DNA from: an uncultured bacterium | GTDB lineage: Bacteria; Krumholzibacteriota; Krumholzibacteriia; JACNKJ01 | Reading direction: 5' to 3' | Assembly: GCA_964410395.1 (NCBI GenBank) | Contig: CAYPGS010000010.1 | Coordinates: 16,668 to 80,667 of the forward strand | Length of the DNA stretch: 64,000 nt | Shown here: in pieces, positions 8,320 through 17,037 of the stretch | Layout of the letters: each line of letters starts with the position of its first letter | Position numbering within the stretch: the first letter of the stretch is position 1 | Made by a program: the position numbers and the translations under genes | The notes under the pieces: model-generated | Seen by the model: only the letters and a program-made list of their open reading frames with translations | Told to the model about the DNA's origin: nothing | Databases searched by the model: none

Positions 8320-10032
8320 CTAGGCCTCCTCCATGGCGAAGAGCCTCTGGTAGCCGGGGTGCTCCGCGAGCAATTCCTCGTGCCGCCCTTCGTGCAGGAT
8401 GACGCCGTTCTGAAGCCAAAGCACCCGGTCGGCCCGCTGGGCCGTGGCCTCGCGATGGGTGGACACGAGGATTCCCGCATCGGGCAGGAGCGTGCGCACA
8501 CGATCCCAGAATCGCTTCTCGGTCTTGGCGTCAAGCGCGCTGGTCACGTCATCGAGCACGAGTACCGAGGGCGTGCCGGCCAGGGCTCGCGCCAGGGACA
8601 CGCGCCCCCGCTGTCCACCCGACAGACCTCGCCCGCTCTGCCCCACTTCGCGTCCTGGCCCCACCTCGCCGCCGAGGCTGGCGGTCTCCATGGCGCGCTC
8701 CACCTGATCGCCGCTCACGCTCTCGCGGCCAAGAGTGACGTTCTCCTCCACCTTGCCGCTGAACAGCATGGGTTCCTGCGGCGCGTAGGCCATGTGCCGC
8801 GAACGTTCCTCGTCGCTGAGCTCGAAGAGGTCGCGTCCCGCCAGATCGATGCTGCCTTCCATGGGCTTGAGGATGCCCATGACGCAACCCAGCAGCGTGG
8901 TCTTGCCGCAGGCCACCGGTCCCACCAGTGCCACGGTCTCGCCGGCACGAACGCTGAGGGTGATGTCCTCGAGAATCGGCTTGCCCTCTTCGTACTCGAA
9001 ACTCAATCCGCGCACGTGCAGCGGAGGATGCCGCTGGGGCAGCTCCAACACTCCGGGCTTTCGTTCCTCCTCCTTCTCCAGTTCCTCCAGCCTCCCCACC
9101 GAGGTGTTGGTCACGTTGGTCGACACGAAGAACCAGGCGATGGTCCAGAGCGGCATGGTAAGTCCGGACAGGTAGGCCACGAAGGCGTAGAAGTCACCGA
9201 GGGTGAACTCGGGTTTCACGAGCACGAAGTAGCCGCCCAGGAATAGCACGATGATCAGGCCTGTCTGATTCATGAGCGAGAAGATTCCCTCCAGCCCGGC
9301 CTGCAGGGTGATCACCCGCTTCTCCGCGTTTTCTCGCCGGTCGAGTACCTTGTCGAAGATCTTGTTCTGAGCCTCCTCCATCACGTAGCCCTTCACGATG
9401 CGGGCTCCGGAGAAGATGCTCTCGAGGGATTCGACGGTTTCGCTGGTGCGCTTCTGCCGTTCCTCGTAGCGACGCTGCTGGATGCTCTCCGTTCGCGCCA
9501 GCCCCCATACGATGAAGGGCAGGGGCAAGGTCGAGGCGAGAGTGAGCCTCCAGTCCAGGGTGAACATGACGCCCAGGGAGAAGGCCAGGGTCAGGATGGC
9601 CTCGATGGGACGGAACACGCCCGATCCGCTGTACCAGCCGATCTTCTCGAACTGGTCGATGTCGTCGGTGAGGCGCGTGACCAGATCGCCCACGCGGAAG
9701 CGGTTGTAGAAGTCGTGACGCTTGCGCAGCACGGTTTCCGCATGGCCCAGGCGGATGTGCAGGCTGTTGGTCATGTTCAGCCAGGCGCGGCTCGAGGGCA
9801 GGAAGGCCTGTGTGAGTTCGCGCAGCAGCCCCATGCCGAAGAGGGCCATGATCCAGTGCTTGGCGCTCTGCGGATTGAAGTCGCCGGCCAGGTGGTCGAT
9901 GATGAACTTGAAGATCACCGGGTAGAGCGTGCGCGTGGCGATGCCGAACACCGTGAGCGAGAAGACCAGGGTCATGATGCCGCGGGAACGTCGCCAATAG
10001 GGAAGCAGCCAGCGGAGGACGCGCTTAAGCAT
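8320..10032 (-). CDS. ABC transporter, fused permease/ATP-binding exporter subunit (MsbA/MdlB type), subunit B of a heterodimer
   Basis: Six-TM N-terminal domain, Walker A GPVACGKTTLL and ABC signature LSGGQRGRVSLARAL. Confidence 0.85.
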   Translation of the reverse strand: MLKRVLRWLLPYWRRSRGIMTLVFSLTVFGIATRTLYPVIFKFIIDHLAGDFNPQSAKHWIMALFGMGLLRELTQAFLPSSRAWLNMTNSLHIRLGHAETVLRKRHDFYNRFRVGDLVTRLTDDIDQFEKIGWYSGSGVFRPIEAILTLAFSLGVMFTLDWRLTLASTLPLPFIVWGLARTESIQQRRYEERQKRTSETVESLESIFSGARIVKGYVMEEAQNKIFDKVLDRRENAEKRVITLQAGLEGIFSLMNQTGLIIVLFLGGYFVLVKPEFTLGDFYAFVAYLSGLTMPLWTIAWFFVSTNVTNTSVGRLEELEKEEERKPGVLELPQRHPPLHVRGLSFEYEEGKPILEDITLSVRAGETVALVGPVACGKTTLLGCVMGILKPMEGSIDLAGRDLFELSDEERSRHMAYAPQEPMLFSGKVEENVTLGRESVSGDQVERAMETASLGGEVGPGREVGQSGRGLSGGQRGRVSLARALAGTPSVLVLDDVTSALDAKTEKRFWDRVRTLLPDAGILVSTHREATAQRADRVLWLQNGVILHEGRHEELLAEHPGYQRLFAMEEA

Positions 10033-11818
10033 CGGGGTCCTCCCCGGTCTGCAGCTTCACGAGGTAGGCGTAGTGTCCGCCGCGCTCCATGAGCTCGTCG
10101 TGGGATCCCGACTCCGTGATGCGCCCGCCCTCCACCACCAGGATGCGGTCGGCCCGGCGAATGGTCGACAGCCGGTGTGCCACCACCAGCGTGGTGCGTC
10201 CGCGGGTCAGTCGCTCGAGGGTCTGCTGGATCTTCCGCTCCGTGCCCGGATCCACGCTGCTCGTGGCCTCGTCCAGCACGAGGATGGGCGGATCCACCGC
10301 GAGCGCGCGCGTGAAGGCCATGAGCTGGCGCTGCCCATAGGACAGGTTCGCCCCCCGACTCTCGAAGACCGTGTCGTAGCCCTTCTCGAAACCCTCGATG
10401 AGTTCATGCAGGCCGCTGGTCTTGGCGGCCTCGATCACTCTGTCCGCGGGAATCTCGGGGCGGAAGGCGCGCAGGTTGTCCAGCACGCTCACGGGGAATA
10501 GGTATAGATCCTGGAAGACCAGGCCGAAGAGCTTGCGCAGTTCGAGGGGATGGAAATGGCGCAGGTCCTGCCCATCCAGGAGCACTCGCCCTTCGCCGGG
10601 ATCCATGAATCGGCAGACCATGTTGACGATTGTGCTCTTGCCCCCGCCGGTGGGTCCGACCAGGGCCAGGGTCTTGCCGCCTTCAAGCGAGAAGGACACG
10701 TCGCGAAGTACGGGCTTCCCCTCTTCGTACTCGAAGCTGACATTGTCGAAGCGGATCTCGCCGGGATTCGTCGGCACCACCACGGGCAGTTTCGGCACGG
10801 CCACGGCCGGATCTCGGTCCATGGTGTCGAAGATGCGATCGGCCGCGCCTCCTGCCCGCTGGATCTCGGCCAGCTGTTCGCTCAGCGCGATGATGGGCCA
10901 GTAGACCTGGGCCACGTACTGGGCGAAAAGCACCAGGGCGCCCACCGTGATCGATCCCTCGGCGATCCATCCGACGCCGAGCCAAAGGGCGGTGACGGTC
11001 ATGATCACTTCGAAGAAACCCAATCCGTGCCACACGCCATACTCGATGTAGGCCAGCCTGATGGTGAAGCGGTTGTAGCCGATGTTCTCCTCGCGGATCT
11101 TTCCCGCCGCCCAGTTCACGCGTCCGGTAGCCTGCAGGAAACGCGCGGCGGGAAGGAACTCGGCGATGACGCCGGTGAGCCTCGCGTAGAGCGCGCGCTC
11201 CTGCCGGAATCGCGGCCGAAGCCAGCGGAAGAGCAGAAAGGTTCCCCCCACCATGATGGGAATGATGAGTCCGGCGACCGCGAAAAGTCGCAGGTCCACC
11301 TTGGCCAGTACCGTGAGCGCGCCGATGAGAACGCCCAGGGCCGAAAGGATGCGCATCATCATGGTGCTGGTCAGCGCCACCAATCGCTGGGAGTCCGATT
11401 CGATGCGGCTGACCAGGGTGCCCGTGGGGTACTTCTCCATCCAGAGGAGGCCCAGGCGCAGGAAGTGCGAGAAGAGATCCCGCTTGATGGTATTCACCGC
11501 CGTCACGCCAGCCTTGCCGAGCATGATGGTGGCGGCCATGGTGGCCAGTCCCGAGCCGATCATTAGAGCGAGATAGCCGAGGGCCGAGTGGAAGAGCCCC
11601 TGCAGGTCGCCGGCGGGCACGTCCACGTCGATGATGCGCTTGAAGAGCAGGGGCTGGCCCAGGGTCATGCCCACCGCGGCCAGGCTCAAGGCGAAGGAGA
11701 ACAGGAAGGCCCATCGGTGCGGACGGATGTAGGGTCCGACACGGCGGAGCATTTCCAGCGTGGGCAGCCGGCTTTCCAGCTCCCTATCGTCCAGACCGTG
11801 ATGATCGCTCCACCACAT
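10025..11818 (-). CDS. ABC transporter, fused permease/ATP-binding exporter subunit, subunit A of a heterodimer
   Basis: Walker A GPTGGGKSTI, signature LSYGQRQLMAFTRAL, Walker B ILVLDEATS. 8-nt overlap with the downstream partner. Confidence 0.85.
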   Translation of the reverse strand: MWWSDHHGLDDRELESRLPTLEMLRRVGPYIRPHRWAFLFSFALSLAAVGMTLGQPLLFKRIIDVDVPAGDLQGLFHSALGYLALMIGSGLATMAATIMLGKAGVTAVNTIKRDLFSHFLRLGLLWMEKYPTGTLVSRIESDSQRLVALTSTMMMRILSALGVLIGALTVLAKVDLRLFAVAGLIIPIMVGGTFLLFRWLRPRFRQERALYARLTGVIAEFLPAARFLQATGRVNWAAGKIREENIGYNRFTIRLAYIEYGVWHGLGFFEVIMTVTALWLGVGWIAEGSITVGALVLFAQYVAQVYWPIIALSEQLAEIQRAGGAADRIFDTMDRDPAVAVPKLPVVVPTNPGEIRFDNVSFEYEEGKPVLRDVSFSLEGGKTLALVGPTGGGKSTIVNMVCRFMDPGEGRVLLDGQDLRHFHPLELRKLFGLVFQDLYLFPVSVLDNLRAFRPEIPADRVIEAAKTSGLHELIEGFEKGYDTVFESRGANLSYGQRQLMAFTRALAVDPPILVLDEATSSVDPGTERKIQQTLERLTRGRTTLVVAHRLSTIRRADRILVVEGGRITESGSHDELMERGGHYAYLVKLQTGEDPDA

Positions 11819-11890
11819 GGGGTTCTCCCGAGTAAAAGGAAGTGGCGAAGGTAGCAGTTCTTGAAACTTGGGGGCAATAGGGAATAGCCA

Positions 11891-11916
11891 CCAGCCACCA
11901 GCCGCCAGCTACCAGC
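11891..11916. repeat. Heptamer tandem repeat (CCACCAG/CTACCAG)n, with an inverted partner at 11951-11975, flanking a terminator hairpin
   Basis: CCACCAGCCACCAGCCGCCAGCTACCAGCCAG on one side of the hairpin and CAGCTGGTAGCTGGTAGCT on the other, forming a long imperfect inverted repeat around the terminator. Confidence 0.5.
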
Positions 11917-11918
11917 CA

Positions 11919-11943
11919 GAAAAAACCCCGCCAAAGGCGGGGT
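11919..11943 (-). terminator. Rho-independent terminator for the secreted-protein gene 11977..12588
   Basis: Minus sense reads CCCCGCC-TTTG-GCGGGG followed by TTTTTT. Confidence 0.7.
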
Positions 11944-11976
11944 TGGTTCTCAGGCTGACAGCTGGTAGCTGGTAGC

Positions 11977-12588
11977 TTAGTACAGCGCTTTGATGTCCGA
12001 CCAGCTGCCTTCCATCGTGGCGGTGCCGCCTTCCATCACGACCACTTCGCAGTAGGAAGGAGCCGAGACGTAGAAATCGTCGATCCAGCAGGTGTCGCCG
12101 GGATTGCTGTAGGTGCGCGCCTCGATGATCAGTCCGGTGTGGGTGCCGTCGGCGGTCCAATTCCAGGAGTGCAGGTCCCAGCCGAGACCCTCACCGTAGT
12201 CGTCGTTGCCGCCAGCGCTGCCGTGGTAGCCGTTCACGTCGACTGGATCATCGTTCCAGTGCCCCCAGATACGGACGGAGGGTGAGGTACCGGGAGTGTC
12301 GTCGTAGCGGTAGAACCCGGCTTCCACGTATCCACCGGCCTGGAGACCCTTGACCCAAGCCAGGAAGGCCTGAGGCGTTCCGGTGGGAGAATTGTCTTCC
12401 AGGCGCAGACTCCAGAGCCCGAAGTAGACCGGATCCGGATCGGTCGCGCTGGTGGCGATGATCGGCGGTTCGCCCGTGCCGTAGTATCCGATGGGCAACT
12501 CGCCGTTCTCGAAATCGCAGTTGTATGTGATATTGGCCATGGCGCTCGCCGCGAACATGACCAGCACGATCGTAAGCAGTTTCTTCAT
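11977..12588 (-). CDS. Small secreted protein, tandem paralog A1, with C-terminal motif …EGSWSDIKALY
   Basis: ATG at 12586-12588 is preceded by AGGAGG. Signal peptide MKKLLTIVLVMFAASAMA. Strong identity to 12875..13477 (GTPQAFL.WVKGL, RIWGHWNDDPVDVNGY, GEGLGWD). Confidence 0.65.
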   Translation of the reverse strand: MKKLLTIVLVMFAASAMANITYNCDFENGELPIGYYGTGEPPIIATSATDPDPVYFGLWSLRLEDNSPTGTPQAFLAWVKGLQAGGYVEAGFYRYDDTPGTSPSVRIWGHWNDDPVDVNGYHGSAGGNDDYGEGLGWDLHSWNWTADGTHTGLIIEARTYSNPGDTCWIDDFYVSAPSYCEVVVMEGGTATMEGSWSDIKALY

Positions 12589-12802
12589 GCCTGTTATCCT
12601 CCTGAAGCGTTTGCAAACGTTGATAGGCCATTTGCTCTCGAGTCCGACGCAGGCCCTTGCACCTTCCAGTGGCCTGCGAAGTGGAGAACTGGCCATATTA
12701 ACAGAAATACCTCGGGAGGTCAAAGCCGCCGAAGCCCCACATCATTATTTTATAAGAAATGATGACGTGTTTTCCATAAATCCAACCAATACGAATACAG
12801 GC

Positions 12803-12832
12803 AAAAAAATGCCCCTCGCCTGGGGCGAGGGG
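12803..12832 (-). terminator. Rho-independent terminator for gene 12875..13477
   Basis: Minus sense reads GCCCCTCGCC-CCAG-GCGAGGGGC followed by ATTTTTTTG. Confidence 0.7.
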
Positions 12833-12874
12833 CCGATTCCTGCGTTCAGCTGAAAGCTGGCAGCTGGATGCTCT

Positions 12875-13477
12875 CTAGTACAGAGCCTTGATGTCCGACC
12901 AGGTACCTTCCTGAGTGGCGGTGCCACTGTGGGGAAGGATCACTTCGGCGAACTCGGGAGCGTCGACATAGAGGTCGTCGATCCAGACGACGTCGCCGTC
13001 GTTGCTGTAGGTGCGGATCTCGATGATCAGGCCGGTGTGGCCATCAGCGACGGTCCAGGTCCAGTCGGTGTAGTCCCAACCGAGGCCTTCGCCGTAGTCG
13101 CCGTTGCCGCTGGCGCTTCCGTCGTAGCCGTTCACATCGACGGGATCGTCATTCCAGTGACCCCAGATGCGGCAGGAGGGGGAAGTGCCGGGCGTGTCGT
13201 CATAACGCCAGAAACCGGCGGTGACCATGTCACCATCGGTCAGACCCTTGACCCAAACCAGGAAGGCCTGGGGAGTACCGGAAGCAGCGTTGTCTTCGCA
13301 GCGAAGGGCCCAGCCACCACCGTGGACCGGAGTCGTAACGAGGTTGGCCAGAATCGGAGGCTCGCCGTTACCGTAGTAGCCGATGGGCAGGCCGCCATCC
13401 TCGAAACCGTAGAAGTACTCGAGTCCGAAGGCGCTGCTGGCAACAAGGACCAGAGCCAGTGTAAGCAGTTTCTTCAT
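12875..13477 (-). CDS. Small secreted protein, tandem paralog A2, with C-terminal motif …EGTWSDIKALY
   Basis: ATG at 13475-13477 is preceded by AGGAGG. Signal peptide MKKLLTLALVLVASSAFG. Paralog of 11977..12588. Confidence 0.65.
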   Translation of the reverse strand: MKKLLTLALVLVASSAFGLEYFYGFEDGGLPIGYYGNGEPPILANLVTTPVHGGGWALRCEDNAASGTPQAFLVWVKGLTDGDMVTAGFWRYDDTPGTSPSCRIWGHWNDDPVDVNGYDGSASGNGDYGEGLGWDYTDWTWTVADGHTGLIIEIRTYSNDGDVVWIDDLYVDAPEFAEVILPHSGTATQEGTWSDIKALY

Positions 13478-13720
13478 ACCTTGTTTTCCTCCTGGAGCGT
13501 TTGCAAACGATGGAAGGTACATTTACCTCCGTTAGGACTCGTGCACTAAGTCCCATGATTCCTTCCGAAGGTAGACTATATCCTACCACAGTTCTGGCGT
13601 GGAGTAAAGCCATCGATGCAAAGTCACGAAATATGGGGCCTTGCAAGCCGTTGCTCCGCAACGAGATAAAAATGGCCGTCAGAAAAATGTGTAAAACTGC
13701 CGTTAAGTCCGGAATTCACC

Positions 13721-13748
13721 AATAGAAACCCCCCGCGGCTGCGGGGGG
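13721..13748 (-). terminator. Rho-independent terminator after kbl
   Basis: Hairpin CCCCCCGC-AGCC-GCGGGGGG followed by TTTCTATT on the minus sense. Confidence 0.6.
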
Positions 13749-13776
13749 CTGATATTCACAGAAGCAGCTGAGGGGC

Positions 13777-14985
13777 TTAGACTTCCGCGCCCTGGATCAC
13801 TCCCATCTCCTTGCCAACCTTGGTGAAGGCGGCGATGGCCTTGTCCAGATGCTCCTTTGTATGGGCACCCGAGATCTGCACGCGGATGCGCGCCTGCTCG
13901 CGGGGCACCACGGGGAAGAAGAAGCCGATCACGTAGATGTCCTCTTCCAGCATCTTGCCCGCGAATTCCTGACTCAGCTTCGCGTCATAGAGCATGATGG
14001 GCACGATGGGATGCACGCCCGGCACGATGTCGAAGCCCGCGGCGGTCATCTTCTCGCGGAAGTACTGGGTGTTCTCCTCGGTGCGGTCGCGCAGCTCGGT
14101 GCTCTTCATGATGAGTTCGAGGGTCTTCAGAGCCGCTGCGACCATGGCCGGGGCCATGGTGTTGGAGAAGAGGTAGGGACGACTGCGCTGGCGCAGCAGG
14201 TCGATGATCTCCTTGCGGCCGGTGGTGAAGCCGCCCGAGGCGCCTCCCATGGCCTTGCCCAGGGTCGAGGTGATCACGTCCACACGGCCCAGAGCGCCGC
14301 AGTGCTCCACGCTGCCGCGGCCGGTGGGACCGAAGAAGCCGCTGGCGTGGCTGTCGTCCACCATGACCATGGCGTCGTACTCGTCGGCCAGGTCGCAGAC
14401 CTTGTCGATCTGGGCGACGATTCCGTCCATGGAGAAGACGCCGTCGGTGGCGATCATGATGCGCTTCGCGCCCGCGGCCTTGGCCTCGTCGAGCTTGGCG
14501 CGGAGGTCGTCCATGTCGTTGTTGTTGTAGCGGAATCGCTGCGCCTTGCAGAGGCGAACGCCGTCGATGATGGACGCATGGTTCAGGGCGTCGCTGATGA
14601 TGGCGTCTTCCTTGCCGAGGAGAACCTCGAAGAGCCCGGCGTTGGCGTCGAAGCAGGAGCTGTAGAGGATGGTGTCTTCCGTGTGGAAGAATTCGGCAAC
14701 GCGTTCCTCGAGCTGCTTGTGGATATCCTGGGTGCCGCAGATGAAGCGCACGCTGGACAGGCCGAAGCCGTGGGTATCCATGCCGTCCTTGGCCGCCTGG
14801 ATGATCTCGGGATTGTTGGCCAGGCCCAGGTAGTTGTTCGCGCAGAAGTTGAGGACCTCGGCGCCGGTGTTCAGCTTGATGTCGGCTTTCTGGTCGCTGA
14901 CGATGATCCGCTCGCGCTTGTACAGCCCGGCCTCGTCGATCTCCTTCAGCGTGGCCTGCAGTTCGGTTCTGACTTTCTCGAACAT
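13777..14985 (-). CDS. kbl: Glycine C-acetyltransferase (2-amino-3-ketobutyrate CoA ligase)
   Basis: 402 aa PLP-dependent class II aminotransferase with typical Kbl blocks ([24 protein letters not shown] lysine region TLGKAMGG). Adjacent to tdh. Confidence 0.9.
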   Translation of the reverse strand: MFEKVRTELQATLKEIDEAGLYKRERIIVSDQKADIKLNTGAEVLNFCANNYLGLANNPEIIQAAKDGMDTHGFGLSSVRFICGTQDIHKQLEERVAEFFHTEDTILYSSCFDANAGLFEVLLGKEDAIISDALNHASIIDGVRLCKAQRFRYNNNDMDDLRAKLDEAKAAGAKRIMIATDGVFSMDGIVAQIDKVCDLADEYDAMVMVDDSHASGFFGPTGRGSVEHCGALGRVDVITSTLGKAMGGASGGFTTGRKEIIDLLRQRSRPYLFSNTMAPAMVAAALKTLELIMKSTELRDRTEENTQYFREKMTAAGFDIVPGVHPIVPIMLYDAKLSQEFAGKMLEEDIYVIGFFFPVVPREQARIRVQISGAHTKEHLDKAIAAFTKVGKEMGVIQGAEV

Positions 14986-15024
14986 TTCCGTCCTCCTGAG
15001 GCCCTCTCGGGCCCGGCTAGATGA

Positions 15025-16005
15025 CTAAACCAGCAAGCCGGCTTCGTGCTTCTTGCGAAGGTTGGCCAGCATGTCCTCGGTCATGGCGTCCAGATCAAAG
15101 GCGGGCTTCCAGCCCCACTCCTCGCGGGCGGGCGTGTCGTCGATGCTGTTGGGCCAGCTGTCGGCGATCTCCTGGCGGAAGTCCGGCTTGTAGGTGCAGG
15201 TGAACTCGGGGATGACCTTCCTGATGCTCTCGGCCAGTTCGGTCACCGAGAAGCTCATGGCCGCGATGTTGAAGTCGTTGTGATGCTTCAGACTCTCCAC
15301 CGGCGCTTCCATGAGGTCGAGGGTCGCCTTGATGGCGTCGGGCATGTACATCATCGGGAGCACGGTGTCCTCGCGCACGAAGCATTCGTAGCTGCCCTTG
15401 GTCACCGCGTCGTAGTAGATGGCCACCGCGTAGTCGGTGGTTCCGCCGCCGGGCAGGGTCTCGTGGCTGATGATGCCCGGATAGCGAACGCCGCGGCAGT
15501 CCAGCCCGAAGCGCTTGAAGTAGTAGTCCGCCAGCAGTTCACCGGCGACCTTGGTGACCCCGTACATGGTCGTGGGCTTGAGCACGGTTTCGTTGGGCGT
15601 CATGTCGAGGGGGGCGCCAGGTCCCCACACCGCGATGGAGCTGGGCACGAAGATGCGGGTGAGCTTTTTCTCGACGCCGATATCGAGCACGTTCTTCAGG
15701 CCGTCCATGTTCACGGACCAGCAGAGCCAGGGCTTGTCCTCGCCCACCGCCGAGAGGATCGCCGCCATGTGGTAGATGGTGTCGATCTCGTACTTGTCGA
15801 CGACCTCCTCCACCGAGGACTTGTCCGCCACGTCGATGTACTCGAAGGGGCCGGACTCCAGCAGTTCCTTGCTGGGGGCAGTCTTGCGGCCGGTGGCCAG
15901 CACGTTGGCCGCGCCGTACTTCTCGCGGAGGGCCAGTGTCAACTCGGAGCCGATCTGTCCCACGGCGCCGGTGACCAGGATGCGCTTCATCTCGTTTTCG
16001 GCCAT
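15025..16005 (-). CDS. tdh: L-threonine 3-dehydrogenase, NAD-dependent epimerase/dehydratase (SDR) type
   Basis: N-terminal Rossmann motif ILVTGAVGQIGSEL and catalytic YGVTK (YxxxK). 326 aa. Forms an operon with kbl, the classic threonine-to-glycine pathway. Confidence 0.85.
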   Translation of the reverse strand: MAENEMKRILVTGAVGQIGSELTLALREKYGAANVLATGRKTAPSKELLESGPFEYIDVADKSSVEEVVDKYEIDTIYHMAAILSAVGEDKPWLCWSVNMDGLKNVLDIGVEKKLTRIFVPSSIAVWGPGAPLDMTPNETVLKPTTMYGVTKVAGELLADYYFKRFGLDCRGVRYPGIISHETLPGGGTTDYAVAIYYDAVTKGSYECFVREDTVLPMMYMPDAIKATLDLMEAPVESLKHHNDFNIAAMSFSVTELAESIRKVIPEFTCTYKPDFRQEIADSWPNSIDDTPAREEWGWKPAFDLDAMTEDMLANLRKKHEAGLLV

Positions 16006-16247
16006 TTTTCGACCTCTCGATGACGATGTGGATGGTTGGCGGGGCGGCCGCCCCGAAGCCTTCCCAAGCTACAAAATCAGGACCCCCGAATCAAGAATGG
16101 CGGGAGGACTTTCCTGCCCGCTCCGGTTCGGTGGGAGCAAGGTCCTGAACCTAGGCGATGAGGTGGCCCACCTCACAAGTCGCGTGGCAGGTAATCTTGC
16201 CGCCATCGAGGGAGTTTCAGGAATCCCCAGGAGAGTTCCTAGCCAAT

Positions 16248-16412
16248 ACCTTCGGTGGGGAAACAGAGATCCGAGGGCGCCTGCTGGCCGGCGTTGTTCA
16301 TGCCGTCCCAGGTCACCATATGATCGCCAACGCCCCAGTGGCCGTCGACCAGGGTCTTCACGATGTGCCCCTGAAGGTCGATGACTTCCACCGGACCAGA
16401 CCGGCCGGGGCC
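16248..16412 (-). pseudogene. Decayed 3-prime remnant of a T9SS C-terminal sorting domain (no start codon), immediately downstream of the DUF5989 gene
   Basis: Minus-sense translation gives …VEVIDLQGHIVKTLVDGHWGVGDHMVTWDGMNNAGQQAPSDLCFPTEGIG*. This matches the T9SS sorting-domain pattern VxIYDLxGRxVRTLVDGxxxAGxHxVTWDGRNDAGxxVASGVYF and then diverges. Confidence 0.35.
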
Positions 16413-16415
16413 GTC

Positions 16416-16574
16416 CTAGAACAGCGCGTAGATGAAGGGGGCCAGAGCGGAGCCCTCGGCCAGGACCACGAGCCCCGCGATGAGCACGAGCACAAAGATC
16501 ACCGGCGCCAGCCACCACTTCTTGCGGGTCCTGAGGAGGGACCAGATCTCCCACATCGTCGATGCCTTACCCAT
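16416..16574 (-). CDS. DUF5989 family small membrane protein (SxtK-like), 52 aa
   Basis: ATG at 16572-16574 follows GGGAGG. MGKASTMWEIWSLLRTRKKWWLAPVIFVLVLIAGLVVLAEGSALAPFIYALF matches the DUF5989 pattern (RKKFWLxPxI…APFIYTLF). It is not in the track (under 60 aa, and masked by the spurious ORF 16069..16554). Confidence 0.6.
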   Translation of the reverse strand: MGKASTMWEIWSLLRTRKKWWLAPVIFVLVLIAGLVVLAEGSALAPFIYALF

Positions 16575-16596
16575 TGTCCTCCCTTTCGATCGCCGC

Positions 16597-17037
16597 TCAG
16601 AACTGCCGTCGATAACTCTCCTCGCCGCGAGTTCGATCCTCGCGCGACTCCCAATAACTCGCGCGACTCCGATCGATGTCCTGATCGAGGAAGCTCTTAC
16701 CGAAGAGCCTGCCGATCAGGCCGATGGGCGTGATGGCGACGAAGTAGACCAGGGTCAAGATCAATCGTGTCATGATCCAACCCAGGGGAATGGCCAGACC
16801 CATCCAAACCTTGTGTACCGGCGCCAGTGCGCGGGGAAGTGCCAGCGCGCCCGCGAGGAATAGCGCGCCGAGGCTCCATAGCCAGATCCAGGACTCTCCT
16901 CCGCGCCATGAGACGATCAGACCGACCACGCCCAAGGCGATGGCCATGAGCAGCCCGAAGCTCCGTAGCGTCCTTCGGTCTCCAGAAACTCCGCGGATCT
17001 CGCCGAGCATGGCGCGAATCTCCTCAGTCCAGCTCAT
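16597..17037 (-). CDS. SxtJ-like membrane protein
   Basis: MSWTEEIRAMLGEI… contains two TM segments (LLMAIALGVVGLIV, LILTLVYFVAITPIGLIGRLFG) and KSFLDQDIDRSRASYWESRED typical of the SxtJ family. The start overlaps the carbamoyltransferase stop by 14 nt. Confidence 0.6.
   Translation of the reverse strand: MSWTEEIRAMLGEIRGVSGDRRTLRSFGLLMAIALGVVGLIVSWRGGESWIWLWSLGALFLAGALALPRALAPVHKVWMGLAIPLGWIMTRLILTLVYFVAITPIGLIGRLFGKSFLDQDIDRSRASYWESREDRTRGEESYRRQF

Noticed and set aside
8260-11714. Plus-strand ORFs 8260..9246 and 10550..11566, and minus-strand 10683..11714 and 9194..9997, inside the ABC exporter genes
   Set aside because: Out-of-frame or antisense shadows. The ABC genes have complete Walker A, signature and Walker B sets in the chosen frames.
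13849-16023. Long plus-strand ORFs 13849..15024 (391 aa) and 15046..16023 (325 aa)
   Set aside because: They are antisense to kbl and tdh, whose minus-strand translations have unambiguous family motifs. The plus-strand products are Gly/Ala/Val/His-rich shadows.
16069-16554. Track ORF of 161 aa (MGDLVPPQ…, Arg/Gly-rich) downstream of the SxtJ-like gene
   Set aside because: A different frame of the same region encodes a textbook DUF5989 peptide with RBS and hydrophobic helix. The 161-aa ORF is compositionally implausible.
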